Assembly (NCBI GenBank): GCA_002269645.1
Contig: NIVC01002256.1
Coordinates: forward strand, 124,001-188,000
Origin: Macrostomum lignano
Lineage: Eukaryota
Length of the DNA stretch: 64,000 nt
Direction: 5' to 3'
Both the position numbers and the translations under genes were made by a program. Numbering within the stretch: position 1 is the stretch's first letter; every line of letters starts with the position of its first letter. A model generated the notes under the pieces. That model saw only the letters and a list, made by a program, of their open reading frames with translations, was not told the DNA's origin and searched no databases. Positions 1-14,386 of this stretch are shown here, one piece after another.

Positions 1-1043
1 GGTAAGTTGCAGACTCGACAGCAGACTCCGAAGCAAATCGCATGTTACTCACGTCCAATATTGTCCATTCCGAGCGATGCTTTATCGCATTGAATAAAGT
101 AGCAAAAGTGCTGGCAGATTTCACTGTAGAATGGAACCGTTGGGGGGGGGGTTTAAAAATTAAATGCAAATTTGTCACTGCAGCTTTTATGCTGCTGATG
201 GTTAGCAAACAGCGACAGTACTTGCGGTTGCCAGGCGCCAGAGACCCCGTTGCTAAGTAAAACCTTAATGAGTCCAGATTGGAGCACATAGCCATAATTA
301 TTCCCAAGTATTCCCAATAGTTGGTTGCTATTGGCAACTAATGGAGTACACAGAAATTTGCTCTCTCTTTAATCAAGAGTGCGACATGCACATGGGACTT
401 CTGAATTGTTGTGAGCGGAAATCTCCTCACCTCATGATGCTTGACAATACTGGGATCAACTTCAGTTCCAATTATTAATGATTTAATTATATGTTAGCCA
501 GAAACCGATTGCTGATTAACAAACTTCCACAGTTTGCAAAATTGCAAGTGGCTAAACAAACAGTGCTAGAAATATAATGTACGAGTTGAATTCGTTATCA
601 ACCGGTTGTATTTATGCGTGTATGGCGGGCTTATTTTGACTGTGAACAGGTCGCAGAACCTGCATTCGCGAGTTTAACCAAATATAGTAGCTTAGGTAAA
701 TTTTTGCGCTATACCTGCGAGCTCGTTTAATCTTATCACTTTAATGTTGGTCTACATGATCTTTATTTATAAGTCCTGTAAACATCCGCAGTTAAATATG
801 ATCTGGTCCCGCGAGTCACCTTACTTATGCATCATCACTCAGCAGAGTTTGAAGCGCTAGGCTAAAATGCGATTTAAAATTCATTTTCATGGCGCCAATG
901 TGCCATAGCTAGCTCAAGCCAAGCTCACGTACCGTTGGACATTTTTAGAAGCCGCTAACTACCGCTATAAAGCACGATAGCTAAATTAAATATGTCAACC
1001 TGTGGTAAGCGGAACGCTGAGCACACGGGCACACGCTCCGTAA

Positions 1044-1200
1044 GGGAGTTGCAGCCTACTGGCTAGAGCGTCGGAGTCACGACTTGAAGGTCGGGGGTTC
1101 GATTTTCGATACACTCGGAACAGATTGTGTCCTTGAGCACAGTTTGTGTCTTTACTCTGCATCTGCTTCAGTTTATCCAGTTGTAAAATGGGGGTCATTG
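1044..1200 (+). mobile_element. tRNA-derived SINE with CORE(MIR)-like domain, copy 1 (3' tail may extend to ~1355)
   Basis: tRNA-like head with A-box-like CAGCCTACTGG and B-box GGTTCGATT. It is followed by TGTGTCCTTGAGCA...CTGCTTCAGTTTATCCAGTTGTAAAATGGGG, which resembles the MIR CORE. Second copy at 8503-8733 on the minus strand. Confidence 0.7.
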
Positions 1201-1356
1201 AGGCTGTGTGGCTCGGAGCGAGCTGGACGCGTTGAAGCTCCGCTCTGTCAAACCCTGATTGCAGCACTAAAAAGCAAACAGCTAGAGTAGTTTTCTTTAG
1301 AGGCAGGGGCCTGTGTGCTGCACCCTGGCGCACTTTAAGCGACATTGTCACACAAC

Positions 1357-1654
1357 CGGCGAGAGGCATTACTGCCCATTCCGCCGACTCCCCTGAGCAG
1401 GCACACAAGCGCGCGGATACGTACGCAGGCACACACTCACACAGGAGTGTACAGCGGCCCTAACTTTATATTATCGTTAGGCATGTACACTTCACTGCGC
1501 CTTGGGGGGGTTGGCTCTCAAGGCCGTTAATTTCACGAGCAGAGCCAAGCCGAGATTCCAATTCAGCCCCAAATTAATGTGACTGCACTTGGAATCGAGC
1601 CTGGGCCGCTGGCACATCAGAGCGCCGCGCTGGGACCACTGGGCTGCGGACCCC
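1357..1654 (-). mobile_element. tRNA-derived SINE, second family
   Basis: Minus strand begins GGGGTCCGCAGCCCAGTGG (A box)...GGCTCGATTCC (B box). Body is homologous to 31345-31585 (GAGAGGCA.T.CTGCCCATTCC, GGCAC.CACTCACACAGGA, ATGTACACTT, GGAATCGAGCCTGGG). Confidence 0.65.
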
Positions 1655-1884
1655 AACCGCTAGAGTGACTGTTGGCCCAGCTTTGTGTTGAGAATCACAT
1701 TGCTCAAATTTATTATTCTCACGGAGCTGCCCGCCCGGCTCTGATGGAACTCAGCGGCGCTGTCGCTCTCTATCAGCTGTGCCGCGCTTCTCTGGGCAAT
1801 GCCGAGCTCGAACCCCTGACCTCAGCTGCTACCCGAATCCTGCGCCAAAGCGCTCCAAAAACTCGCCTAACGGTGCCAACGACA

Positions 1885-3918
<2,034 letters not shown>

Positions 3919-6900
3919 GCTCTTCTATGTGGCCAACCTTCTCGCGGTGGAGAGCGGACGGGGAAAACCCCGGCAAAGAGGCTACAAGGGAAAGACGCTC
4001 GGAGGAAGGCGAGGAGGAGACTCCAACCGACCGACCGGCCCTTTTCAGCAACGACATTCGGAGGTAGCCGAACCGAATGTCGAGATAAATCAGGCCAAAC
4101 CCAACAGGGTAGAGGAGGGAAGGGACAACAGACAGAGAAGCGAAGAGGTCGAATGGAGACTGCGCACGATTGAGCCGAACCCAGGACCGAAAACGGAGAA
4201 GGAGAAAACACAGAGAGGAAAGAGGAGAGCACGGAGGAGACAGCGGAGAAGAAACGAGAAGAGAAACGAAAGAAGAGAGAAAGCGGAGAATAAAGAATGG
4301 AGGATCACCACACGGAATGTGAGGAACGCAAATATCGCAGGCAGACGTTTCGGAGAGATCGTGAAAAAATCGTAAGAGAGAAGTGGCAGAAGACACTAAT
4401 TAGCGAGTTAAGAGCTGAGGGAGGAGGAGTAAAGACATACGAGCGTATCAGCACGGAAAGACACAACTGCACCTAATACACTCAAAAAGGACGGGGATTG
4501 CAATGAACACCGAGACGTGCAAGATGTGGATAGACAGCGGTAAGAAAAGCCAAACGACGACCGAGAGAGCGATAATGATCAAGATCTACGGTACAAGTTT
4601 CATCAGTGTGTAAAAACCAGTGAAAGGGAGCCAAGCGTATCAAGAAGACCTAGCCCTAGTGAGATTTGAAATTGAGAGATTCCTCCGGATGGAGAGCAAG
4701 GATGAACCGTTTATCATAGGAGGCGATTTTAACACCCAGATCGGACAAACAGAAGATACCAGCAAACATCGAGGCAAGTTCGGCCTCAACAAAACGAACC
4801 AACAAGGAGACGACCTAATGCAATGGATCACGGAAAATGGCTGGACTTGGGTAAACTCCTTCAGAGTAAGAAAAAGAGAAACATGGCAGAACCCCAACTC
4901 CTGGAGCCAAAGACAGACACACACTAGTGAAGTCGATGAAAGTGCACAATGGAGACAACCTATCCGACCACCTGGCGCGCACAATTGTCGTCAGGGCACT
5001 GGCACCCAAGAAGAGCAAGAAGCGGGGAGAACAAAGAAGAAAAGGAATGAAAGAAACCAAGGTCAACTGGCAAGCTCTATACAACGAAGAGATAGCTGAA
5101 AAAATGAGAAAAGATATGGAAGAACGCTATAGCAGCGCATCAAAGACATCAAATTGGGAAGAAACGAAGAACTTCATTCTGCAGAGCGCATTACAGGTAT
5201 GTGGAAGAAGAAAGAAAAGACAGATCAACCCATGGATGCAAGGACACGAGAATGAGATCGAGGAATTCAATAAGAACCTCAGAGAAAGATTGAAAGAAAG
5301 GAACGAGGCACGAAGAGACCCAACTGTAACGGAGGAGGAGAAACGGAGAGCTGAAAGCAGACTGAGGGACCACCGCAAAAGTTACAGAGAGAAAACAAAA
5401 GAATGGGAAGAAGAATGGTGGGACACGATCGCGAGCGAGTGCAAGGAAGCAGCAGAGAAAGGCCAGATTGGACTCATGTACGAAAAGCTCAGACAACTCG
5501 ATAGACGTGGGGAATGCACGAACTTTAAACCAGCTACAGTTGATGAAAACGAATTTAAAGAACACCTACAAGAAGTCCAGAGACGGAGAATCGAAAGCTG
5601 CGAAACTCAAATACTGAAGACGGTGAAGGAAACCCCCAAATCAAACACTCAGATCGCGAGAAGAGAGAACGGGATACTCACAAGGGAGATTACTGACGAA
5701 GAGATTGAGATAGCCATCAAATGTATGAAGGACAAAACACCTGGGCAAGACGAGATACGCCTTCGTTACATAGCGGAAGCATCACCAAAAGTGAAGAAAG
5801 CAGCATACACAAGGATCAAATTCCTTTTTGCACACAGCGCGGAAGATTGGGACGAGAGTGAGAAAATCGGCTTAATCATCCCTTTGTTCAAGAAGGGAGA
5901 CCGGAGAGACCTAAACAACTACCGAGGAGTATGCCTACTACCAATATTAAGCCGAATCGTCGCAAGGATACTAGCCACAAGAATAAGGATATGGGCAGAG
6001 AGCCTAGAATTATTCGACGACAACCAATGTGGTTTTAGGAGCGGAAGATCAACGGCAGACAGCACGCAAATCTTCGTCCGAATACACGAGGACCTGACAG
6101 AGTACAGAGAAGCACGAAGAATGAACGGAGACAAGAACCTCGAGCAAGATGAGATGGCAATTCTGATGGACCTAAAAAAGGCATACCCGAGAGTATGCAA
6201 ACCGATGATATGGGCATTGCTCTCACATCTAAGGATGCCGAAAGAGACGATACGTAAATTACAAGACCTACACCAGAACACACTATACCAAGTGAAGGGC
6301 GGGGAAGGAGTGAGCGAAGGTTGGACACCAGGGGGGTGTTTCTCGAAACTCACGTAAGTTCTATGGTAAGTTAGATCGTAAGAAAGAAATCTACGTGTAG
6401 CGTAAGTTTGCTCGTAAGACGCTTTCTCAAAACTCACTTAGACTTTGCGTGGCTTACGCTGTTCGTAAGTCGTATCTGAAACGAAAAGTTGCATGTCTAT
6501 GGTCATAAATCTGTAAATATCTTTACTTTTTCTATCGTAAGTTGCTTTCGACAAAGACCCACCTTCGATAAATTTAACTTGACTTGGCTTGACTAAAGCT
6601 TCACGTACTATGCGATTAGTGCTTAAGTGCGTCTTACGACTGATACCGAGCAGTCGTAGGGTTAAGATCAACCTTACGAAAGACCATAGACATACGAACG
6701 TTTCGAGAAACAGTCTTTCGCGCAAAGTTACGAACTCGTAAAGTTGCGATCAATCTTACGCATGGCTAACTTGCGAGCCCTTCGAGCAACCCGTAAGTGT
6801 AGCTTACCCAACTTAGGTCTATGGTCTATCGTAATTTGCTTTCGAGAAAGACCCCCCTGATACCAATACAACTCAGAAAACCGAACCCATTTGTTCCAGA

Positions 6901-7943
6901 CCTCTTCGCGGACGACACCACCTTAATAGGGAACCGCGGTGAACTGACCGATGGCCTCGGAATAACAAAAGAGGTCATGCAATGGTTGGAGGAGAAGACC
7001 AACGACCAGAAGCAAGAGGACCTCCTCTTCGGAACACCAGGAGGCACGGTGGGGATGCTAGGAAGCTGGCTAGACGGAGAATAAGACGTGAGGCAGAGGA
7101 TCGGCAGAGCAAATAAGAGCTGGAAGACAATAAGGAAACGCTTCGTAAAGTGCAGACTGTCAAAGAGAACACAAGGGCGAGTGATTGAAGCCTGTGTCGA
7201 GAGCACACTTCTGTATCAAGCCAACGTGAGACCGTTCCACCTGTCCCATATAAAGAAAATGCAGCGATGCATGGACAGAATGTATCGGTTCGTCTGGAGC
7301 TCTAAAGTGAAGGAACCAATCAGAGAAATGGAAGAAAAGGGGGTGAATATGCAAGACATCAGAAACGAACTAGGCGTCGCATCGGTGAGATCAAAGATTG
7401 AACGCACACATCTCATCCGTGTTGGGCACGTATTACGCATGCCAGACGGGAGACAGACCAAAAAAGCAGTTTTAGGCTGGTACAAGAGGCTGGAAGGAAT
7501 CGGGAAGAGAAGACAACGGAGGAACCAGACAATTGACTTTTGGAGGAAATTGCTACGGGAAGCAGGAATCGAACCAGAGAGCGCAGAAAGACTTACACCA
7601 GAACGATCGACTTGGAGATCGATTGTGGAAGCAAGGACGAGAGAAATGCGAGAATAGAATGGGAGGAACGTCAAGGAAAAAAGGCGGAGGGAAGAAATCG
7701 TAATAACCCGAGACAGAGATCCCACCCACCGGCAGAAACGGAAAAGGAACCGGAAGTTATACGGGAAGAGAGGGGAAGAAGGAAGGAGAAGAGAACGGAG
7801 TTCAAATGCGAATATGAAGGATGTGAGAAAATCTGCAAAAGTAAAGCGGGACTAGTGATTCATGAGAAGAGAATGCACCACGTTAGGGACGCACAAGTGA
7901 TGTTCGAGTGCAGCAAGTGCAAGAAAACATTCACGCAAGAAGC
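3919..7943 (+). mobile_element. Degenerate RTE-clade non-LTR retrotransposon, copy B (near full length, frameshifts, interrupted by a MITE, 3'-truncated)
   Basis: APE motifs WRITTRNVRN and IIGGDFNTQIG. RT motifs KTPGQDEI, IIPLFKKGDRRDLNNYRGVCLL, QCGFRSGRST, MDLKKAYPRV, LFADD. C-terminal GHVLRMPDGRQTK and C2H2 finger CEYEGCEKICKSKAGLVIHEKRMH. Homology to copy A stops abruptly after 7943. Confidence 0.92.
6329..6859. mobile_element. Non-autonomous DNA transposon (MITE), probably PIF/Harbinger-like, inserted in the RT of RTE copy B
   Basis: 20-bp TIR with 1 mismatch (CAGGGGGGTGTTTCTCGAAA vs CAGGGGGGTCTTTCTCGAAA). Many subterminal CGTAAG/CTTACG motifs. No clean TSD. Confidence 0.75.
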
Positions 7944-8501
7944 TGTTGTGTCGTGGCAAGGAGCCCGTAAAAGGGCCGTTTTACTGACTAATTAAAAGGG
8001 TTTTTTTCTTACTACTCTACCGTCAGAGAGCAACCTATGGTTCGTCTTTTTGAGAAACCTAAAGATGATAAAATTTTGTCAGGAATTGCGATAGCAGGGA
8101 TAAAACTAACTGCTAAGAAGATCAATCAAACAGCACACGATTAAAAGTAACATTACTAACGTCGAGAAAAGCAGATACCCCAATCCTAGATTATAGAGCG
8201 TCGTCAAGTTTAAATTGAACGCGTCAAAAATCGGTGAATTTTTCCCGGTTTCCGCTCACAGACAAATAGACAGACAGGTACTAAAGACAGACAGACAGCA
8301 CAAGTCGATCTTCCAGACACCTGTCCTGCAGAAGCTGGAACTCAGCGGCCGTCAGCTATCTAGCGCTGAGGCCATAGCGGCGATAATTGCTAATTTGTAG
8401 TTTTTTTTCCTGTAAATTTCATATTTGCGTTTGTGAAGCTTGTCTTGTGGAATCGCAAGAATAAACCGACTTGCCGAATTGACGAGAGTCCTGACGAAAC
8501 A
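7944..8501 (+). mobile_element. Possible solo-LTR-like insertion
   Basis: Starts TGTT exactly where RTE homology ends, ends AACA, and has AATAAA at ~8460. No TSD found. Confidence 0.3.
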
Positions 8502-8502
8502 T

Positions 8503-8733
8503 GGAGTAGGCTGCGTACGGCTGTTCAGTCCAAGGACTGGGGGGTCCAAGGACACACGCACACACACACCCTCAATAACCTCAGCTAATGCTGGCACCCA
8601 TTTTACAGCTGGGTGAACTGAAGCAAAGCGCAGAATTAAGTGTCTTGCTCAATTACAATTTTTTTCTGCGTGGGTCGAAAATCGAACCCACGAAGTTGTG
8701 ACTACGACGCTCTAATCACTAGACTAAAGCCCC
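8503..8733 (-). mobile_element. tRNA-derived CORE-like SINE, copy 2
   Basis: Minus strand GGGGCTTTAGTCTAGTGATTAGAGCGTCGTAGTCACAACTT..GGGTTCGATTTTCGA matches the copy 1 head. It continues TTGAGCAAGACACTTAA...TGCTTCAGTTCACCCAGCTGTAAAATGGG. Confidence 0.75.
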
Positions 8734-11136
8734 AAGCTCTACACACGGTTGAACAGCAGAATGACGATCTAGGATCCTACGGCCGCAAATCCAGCCTCCT
8801 CCTATAGAAAGCACTCACCTGTTGAATCCTCAACAGAGATGTACAGATTAGGCTTGCAGTCCCATCTAGGGCAGATCTACGTTTGCACGAGTCGTTAAGT
8901 GACGACCTCCTCGACTGTTTGACGTTCCTTAATCGCTAGTTCTATTTTCGTTCGTGTTATGAAAATTTGAGAAACGAAATCCGAACGAACTTGGAGCAAA
9001 CAAGCAAACGAAGCTCAGAGACGCAACTCGAAAAACGGAGGTACTGATCAGTGATCAGTAAAACACGAATAAGCTTGTTTGAAATCATTTGACTTCATTT
9101 TTACTCAGGTCTTCAGGGTGAAATAACAAAATAACATCTGCTTGTTTCTATCGAAATAATTTGGCTTCAGAATATGCTTCCGAAACAGTGGTTAAACTGG
9201 AAAAGATTGTCTTCTGGTTGAAATAAATTGTCTCAAGTGCGTTTGTCACAAACTAGCTGCATTAAGATCGTGCTTGTTAATCACTCGAATCTGTCCATCT
9301 GTCAAACCTTTCAAATTCTTTTGAAACAAGGCGTCAGCATAAATGCGTTGAAATTTCTAATTTTTCATAATTTTTTGTAGACTTTTCTATTGGAGCACCA
9401 TCATTTTTAAATAATCAAAAATGCCCAAAAGTCGCACCAACTACATGAACCTAGAGAACGTTCATTGTCGTTTTTTACATCTTTTAGTGTTAAATGTTCG
9501 GTGACCGTCTGATGAAGCACCGTTCTCCTTAAGACCACCATACTGGAACTGCTAATTTTTTAAAATCAACACTAGTGTCCCCGAGACGTGCGGGATTTGT
9601 TTGAGACCCTAGGAAGTTACAGCTGAATTCAATCGAAGCCACCGATGGTCAAGCACTTTGAGCTTGAGTCGCCGACTAAAATCATTTTGAGCTCGGGGTG
9701 GATGCTCGCTTATTGCTAGACTTGTAGGCGTCTCTGTACTCTGGCAAATTACAGCATTGTTTGTTTATAGAGCCGGTTGAAGCTAAAAAAATTGAAGACA
9801 GAATAATGAAGGGAAGCTTCTATAAGATTCATTGATTTCGTATTTCTAACTTTGAGGCTGCTCTGTTGATCATAAAACTTGCGTTCATAAAATTTATAGG
9901 ATCGACCTGGTCTTTGGTCAAACACTTTATCAGTGGCCATATTGGGGCTTGCGAGGGCTGGATAACCCTAAGCAGCTTACAACATGGCGAACTGGAGCTC
10001 AAATAAGTATTGAGATGTATGAGATCTGTATTTGCGAATATCTGATCGCCAGAACGGCAGGTGTGCCAAATAGAAAATTTCAAAATATATGTAAACTTTT
10101 TTCAGTTTAAATTAGCCCTGAAAGAAACATTTGAACAGGTTTTAAAAGAAAAATGTGTAAAACTATAACAATTAACTTGAGATTGGTGACATGACCGTAC
10201 AGGTTTCAACCTCCGCTGATGTCATCCCCCTACTAAGACAAAGACGCTAAGCGATTGGGTTTTAGAATCGAGGTAGCCTTATATAAGTATATTTGGTGGT
10301 TCCATCTTAACATAATCTTCGTATGATAAAGTAGCCCATTTGGGGCTTGTGCCTAAAACATGGGGTCAACCCGGTCAATCCCAGGACACAGATCGAGAGC
10401 GCAAATGCCTGATGATTAGAAAGTCCACCCTTAGAAAGTACACCCAGCGTGGTCCCTACAATAGTTCCTAAATATATTAGATTAGAAATGATCCTTGTAG
10501 GAGTTCTAACTCCTACATCGATGCGTGTAGCTGTTCCCCCCCCCCCCTCATGACCGCTCTGCCGCCATGGCCAACAACCCCTCCTGCACTACAAATATAC
10601 ACGATCTTGTACCCCGAATATCTTGTATCTCCGGTTTTGTCCTTTGTTCCACGTACCGCTGACCGTTGTCTGAAAGCAGAAGACAACCGGTGTTTTCAAC
10701 ATCACAAAACATCGTGTTATATAATCCTTATAGCCCGTACAGACCGCTTTCACGTTTTTTTGGTTCGCAGCAGTAAGAATTGAATTTTACATTTTTACAC
10801 CCCTACTTTCCGGTGTAACTTGATCTTTTAATGTATTTTTAAATAGGCGTCATAAGAAAACAAGAGTGTAAACTCATAATACAGTCCTCGCGGGCTCTAA
10901 TGATCATAAAACCGTCGACCATTCTACTAAATTTATTACATGTAGTTTAGGCAATCGATTTAACGGCTTGAAGGCTTGAAGCTAAGCGAGGGCTTAGTTA
11001 GGGATAGCCACAGACCAGAGCCATATTCTCGTCTTGCTTAAATTAAATATTGATTGGCCACTCAATCAATATTCGGAATATTGTGGTTCCCCAAAGCGTG
11101 TTGAAGTGCAGAGGTTGAACCGCACGGCAACCACAC

Positions 11137-11834
11137 CAGGGGCGTCGCCATGGATTTATGGCCGAAGGGGGGGACAAAGCCAAGAATTCTACATGTGCAT
11201 GTACAAGACTAAATTCCTACATGTACATTATTTTCAGAAATCGGTGTTGTCATCAGTCATTTTATCGCCGCAGGCACTTATTTTGGCCCCTCAGACACTC
11301 ATTTTGGCGCCGCAGACACTCATTTTGGCGCCGCAGACACTCATTTTGGCGCCGCAGGCACTCATTTTGGCGCCGCAGGCACTCATTTTATCGCCGCAGG
11401 CACTCATTTTGGCCCCTCAGACACTCATTTTGGCGCCGCAGACACTCATTTTGGCGCCGCAGGCACTCATTTTGGCCCCTCAGACACTCATTTTGGCGCC
11501 GCAGACACTCATTTTGGCGCCGCAGACACTCATTTTGGCGCCGCAGGCACTCATTTTGGCGCCGCAGGCACTCATTTTGGCCCCGCAAGCACTCATTTTG
11601 GCCCCGCAGGCACTCATTTTGGCCCCGCAGGCGCTCATTTTGGCCCCGCAGACACTCATTTTGGCCCCGCAGGCGCTCATTTTGGCCCCGCAGACACTCA
11701 CTTTGGCCCTGCAGACACTCATTTTGGCCCCGCAGGCGCTATGTTTTCTCACCCTTCAGCAAAATTATTGATTTCCATAACGGGTCACAAGGTTCATGGG
11801 GGACATTTCCCACCCCCCGCTGGCGACGCCCCTG
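11137..11834. mobile_element. hAT-type MITE carrying an internal 21-bp minisatellite
   Basis: Perfect 14-bp TIR CAGGGGCGTCGCCA. 8-bp TSD AACCACAC/AACCATAC (7/8 match). Confidence 0.88.
11266..11736. repeat. 21-bp minisatellite (CGCCGCAGGCACTCATTTTGG)n inside the hAT MITE
   Basis: About 22 tandem copies; source of the (ILAPQAL)n ORF. Confidence 0.95.
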
Positions 11835-13260
11835 AACCATACCATGCATTAAGTAAGGCTATTATACCAATATTGATGGGCTGCAGAGGGCAGAAACGAG
11901 TCGAGCTATAACGCCGAGGAGTGTTAGCTCGTTTCTGCCCGATCCAGCTTGTCGGAACTGAATACAAACTGTTAGAACGAATTGGAAGCAAACTATAGTG
12001 TCTGATTTGCTTGCAAAGTGTCGTTTTAGTAAGCGTGGTTGTCGGAACTGAATGTACATTTCACCAAGCACGACCATGCATAAACCGTTTGGAATTGAAT
12101 GATTTCAAATATTTCAACATTGACTGCACCACATTTAACAAATTAAAATAGTATAGCATTTCGCAAGCCATATTGATATTACGAGAAAGCAATTTAATAA
12201 TCAGTCGGGAAACCCAGTCCTACAGAGATTTTTTGGTACTTTCTGGCTTTGGAGCGACCAATTTAATGATCCGAGCGCCCAGTCATTTCCAGTGTTACTT
12301 GTATCGCATTGGCTGCAAATACATGTAGACGCACGCATTCAACATGGAAGCCAGCGAGCTGAGCAGCGAGCTTTTGGAAGAAAATGGAGAATCTTTGTCA
12401 CTGCAGATGAAGCGCTAGAAGATCGAGCAACATGCACAACATGTGCATATGTGCCATGCACAATAAGCAATAGCCTACACAAGCAGTTAATCACTTGTTG
12501 TACGTCGTTGTGCTTGGGAGGACATGCGGAGATGCATGGTTCGGAACTCGCCAGAAAACATAACACGGAGGCAGGAATTCACCTAGGTGGCTGACTGATT
12601 TGACTTAGTTTAGAGCCAACTGGATAATCCGGAGACCAACACAAATATATCGGCGCGGGTTACAAGATATGAAATCGCGCAAGTGCATGCCGCTCCAGTT
12701 TGAGATGGGCATCCATTTTATACACATTGGCATTCGCATTTGTTTGACCCCCCGCCGCCGGTGGGGTGTCTTCGCGTGGTTAGCAACGGCGGGGGTTTTG
12801 AGCAATAAAATCTGGGACAGTCCTCTACATGAATCTGGTTAGGCTGGTTTCGCCTTCTTGGGCAGCTCCAGGTTGAATATGAGTCCGTGGGCGGGCCGTC
12901 TGATTCTCCTCCAGTTTTCGCCAGTTCTGACGCATGCCAAGGGCCGATCACTCTATAACTTCGTTTGTTGTTCGGGCCTCTTCTCAGTTTGCTTCTCCCG
13001 GCCGGTTTGAGCGCCATTGTGCATGCCTGCGGCGGGGTGCTACTCTCAGGAATGAAAGAGGCTTTATTAGATTCGGTAATTCAAATTTGAGTTTACAGTT
13101 GATTATATCTTAGCTGTTTCTGTTTGCCCTTCTAATAGCTAATCTGGGGGTTCCATTGTGCTTTTCTGCCTTGCCCTTCACTGCGCCTAAGCATTTTACA
13201 ATTTTCTACCCATCTTCTGGCAAATTAAGGTCAAAACTTATAGAGAAGTTCCAATTCAAG

Positions 13261-13520
13261 GGGCCTTTTCATATTGCTTGTTCTGGTTCCAGAACCAGAA
13301 CCAATTTGTGAAGTATAACTTTTTGTCTCCATAACTAGAGGGATATACGTGCTATAAAGTTTTTATTATTGAATGACAATCGCCAAGAAGAAAGTGAAAA
13401 ATCGTGCAAAGTGAGGCTGTTAAGGCAGTCAAATATTAACAGAGTTTAATAGTTATACTGCTGTTTTTCTTGGAATTCCGAACCGATTCTGGTTCTGGAA
13501 TTGGTAATATAAAAAGGCCC
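13261..13520. mobile_element. PIF/Harbinger-like MITE, copy 1 (260 bp)
   Basis: TIR GGGCCTTTT(C/T)ATATT(G/A)C with 3-bp TSD AAG/AAG. Second copy at 14718-14986. Confidence 0.85.
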
Positions 13521-14386
13521 AAGAACTCAAATTAAGTGATCAAAAGAATAACAAGGATCGAAATGAGTTTATTTAATTTGGCTTGAACTATTCTAAAAAA
13601 TTCTTTCTGTGTGACACAAAATTATACGATATAAAAAATAATATAAAAATACAAAATATTTTTTTATTCATACAATAAAACAGATTGGCGGAAATTTAAA
13701 AACATACTTTCTTAGAACTCAAACGAAGCCTATTACATTTATTATAAATAAGTCAATAATAAATACAATTTATTTTGTTAAATTAACTGAATTACTAAAA
13801 TATTTGGATAGGCTAGGCCTAGATCAATGCCAATAAAAGGTAAAATTATTTGCTTAACGAAATAATTTTAAAACCTTATTTAGTAATTAGTTTTGCTATT
13901 ATGAATACATGCATACTTCAATACTTGTTAATGTTGGACTTATTAATTAACAATATGCCTATAGAAATTGCTTAGTAGGCCTAGGCCTGCTATGTATAAA
14001 AGTCATAATAATTTATATACAGCATAGTAGTGTTTTTTGATAGGTAGGAATATATTTTTTATCCTAGGCCTATTATTGTTATCAAAATTGAGTTGTTGTA
14101 TAATAAGCAATATAGTATAGGCCTAGTATTTATTTTAAACTTTTCTTTTTAGACCTAAATATTTTAAGTTCTAAGCATAAACCTAAAATCTTAGAATAAG
14201 GCTAAGTATAACGATAAGAAGTTGGAGAATAAGTCTAAGTATATTTCTAGATATTCTTTTGTATTGATTTCATTCTTATTTATTTTATATATTAGGACCT
14301 AAGCAATTCATTCTTTTACTAGACTAGGCTTAGGCCACTTAGCCTATAATTCTTACATATTTCTTCTGTAATAGGGGTAGGGTTAA

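Noticed and set aside
1044-1115. tRNA gene (also 1590-1654 and 8660-8733)
   Set aside because: No proper acceptor stem or terminator, and each head continues into a SINE body.
1820-1850. CYPNPAP as a second 2A-like motif
   Set aside because: Lacks the E and G of the consensus; likely chance.
8478-8501. Hammerhead-like TTGACGAG...GACGAAAC
   Set aside because: The core C is mutated and stem II would need a 2-nt loop.
12718-13017. Minus ORF with YRVIGPW, possibly an integrase GPY/F remnant
   Set aside because: No other LTR-element motifs nearby.
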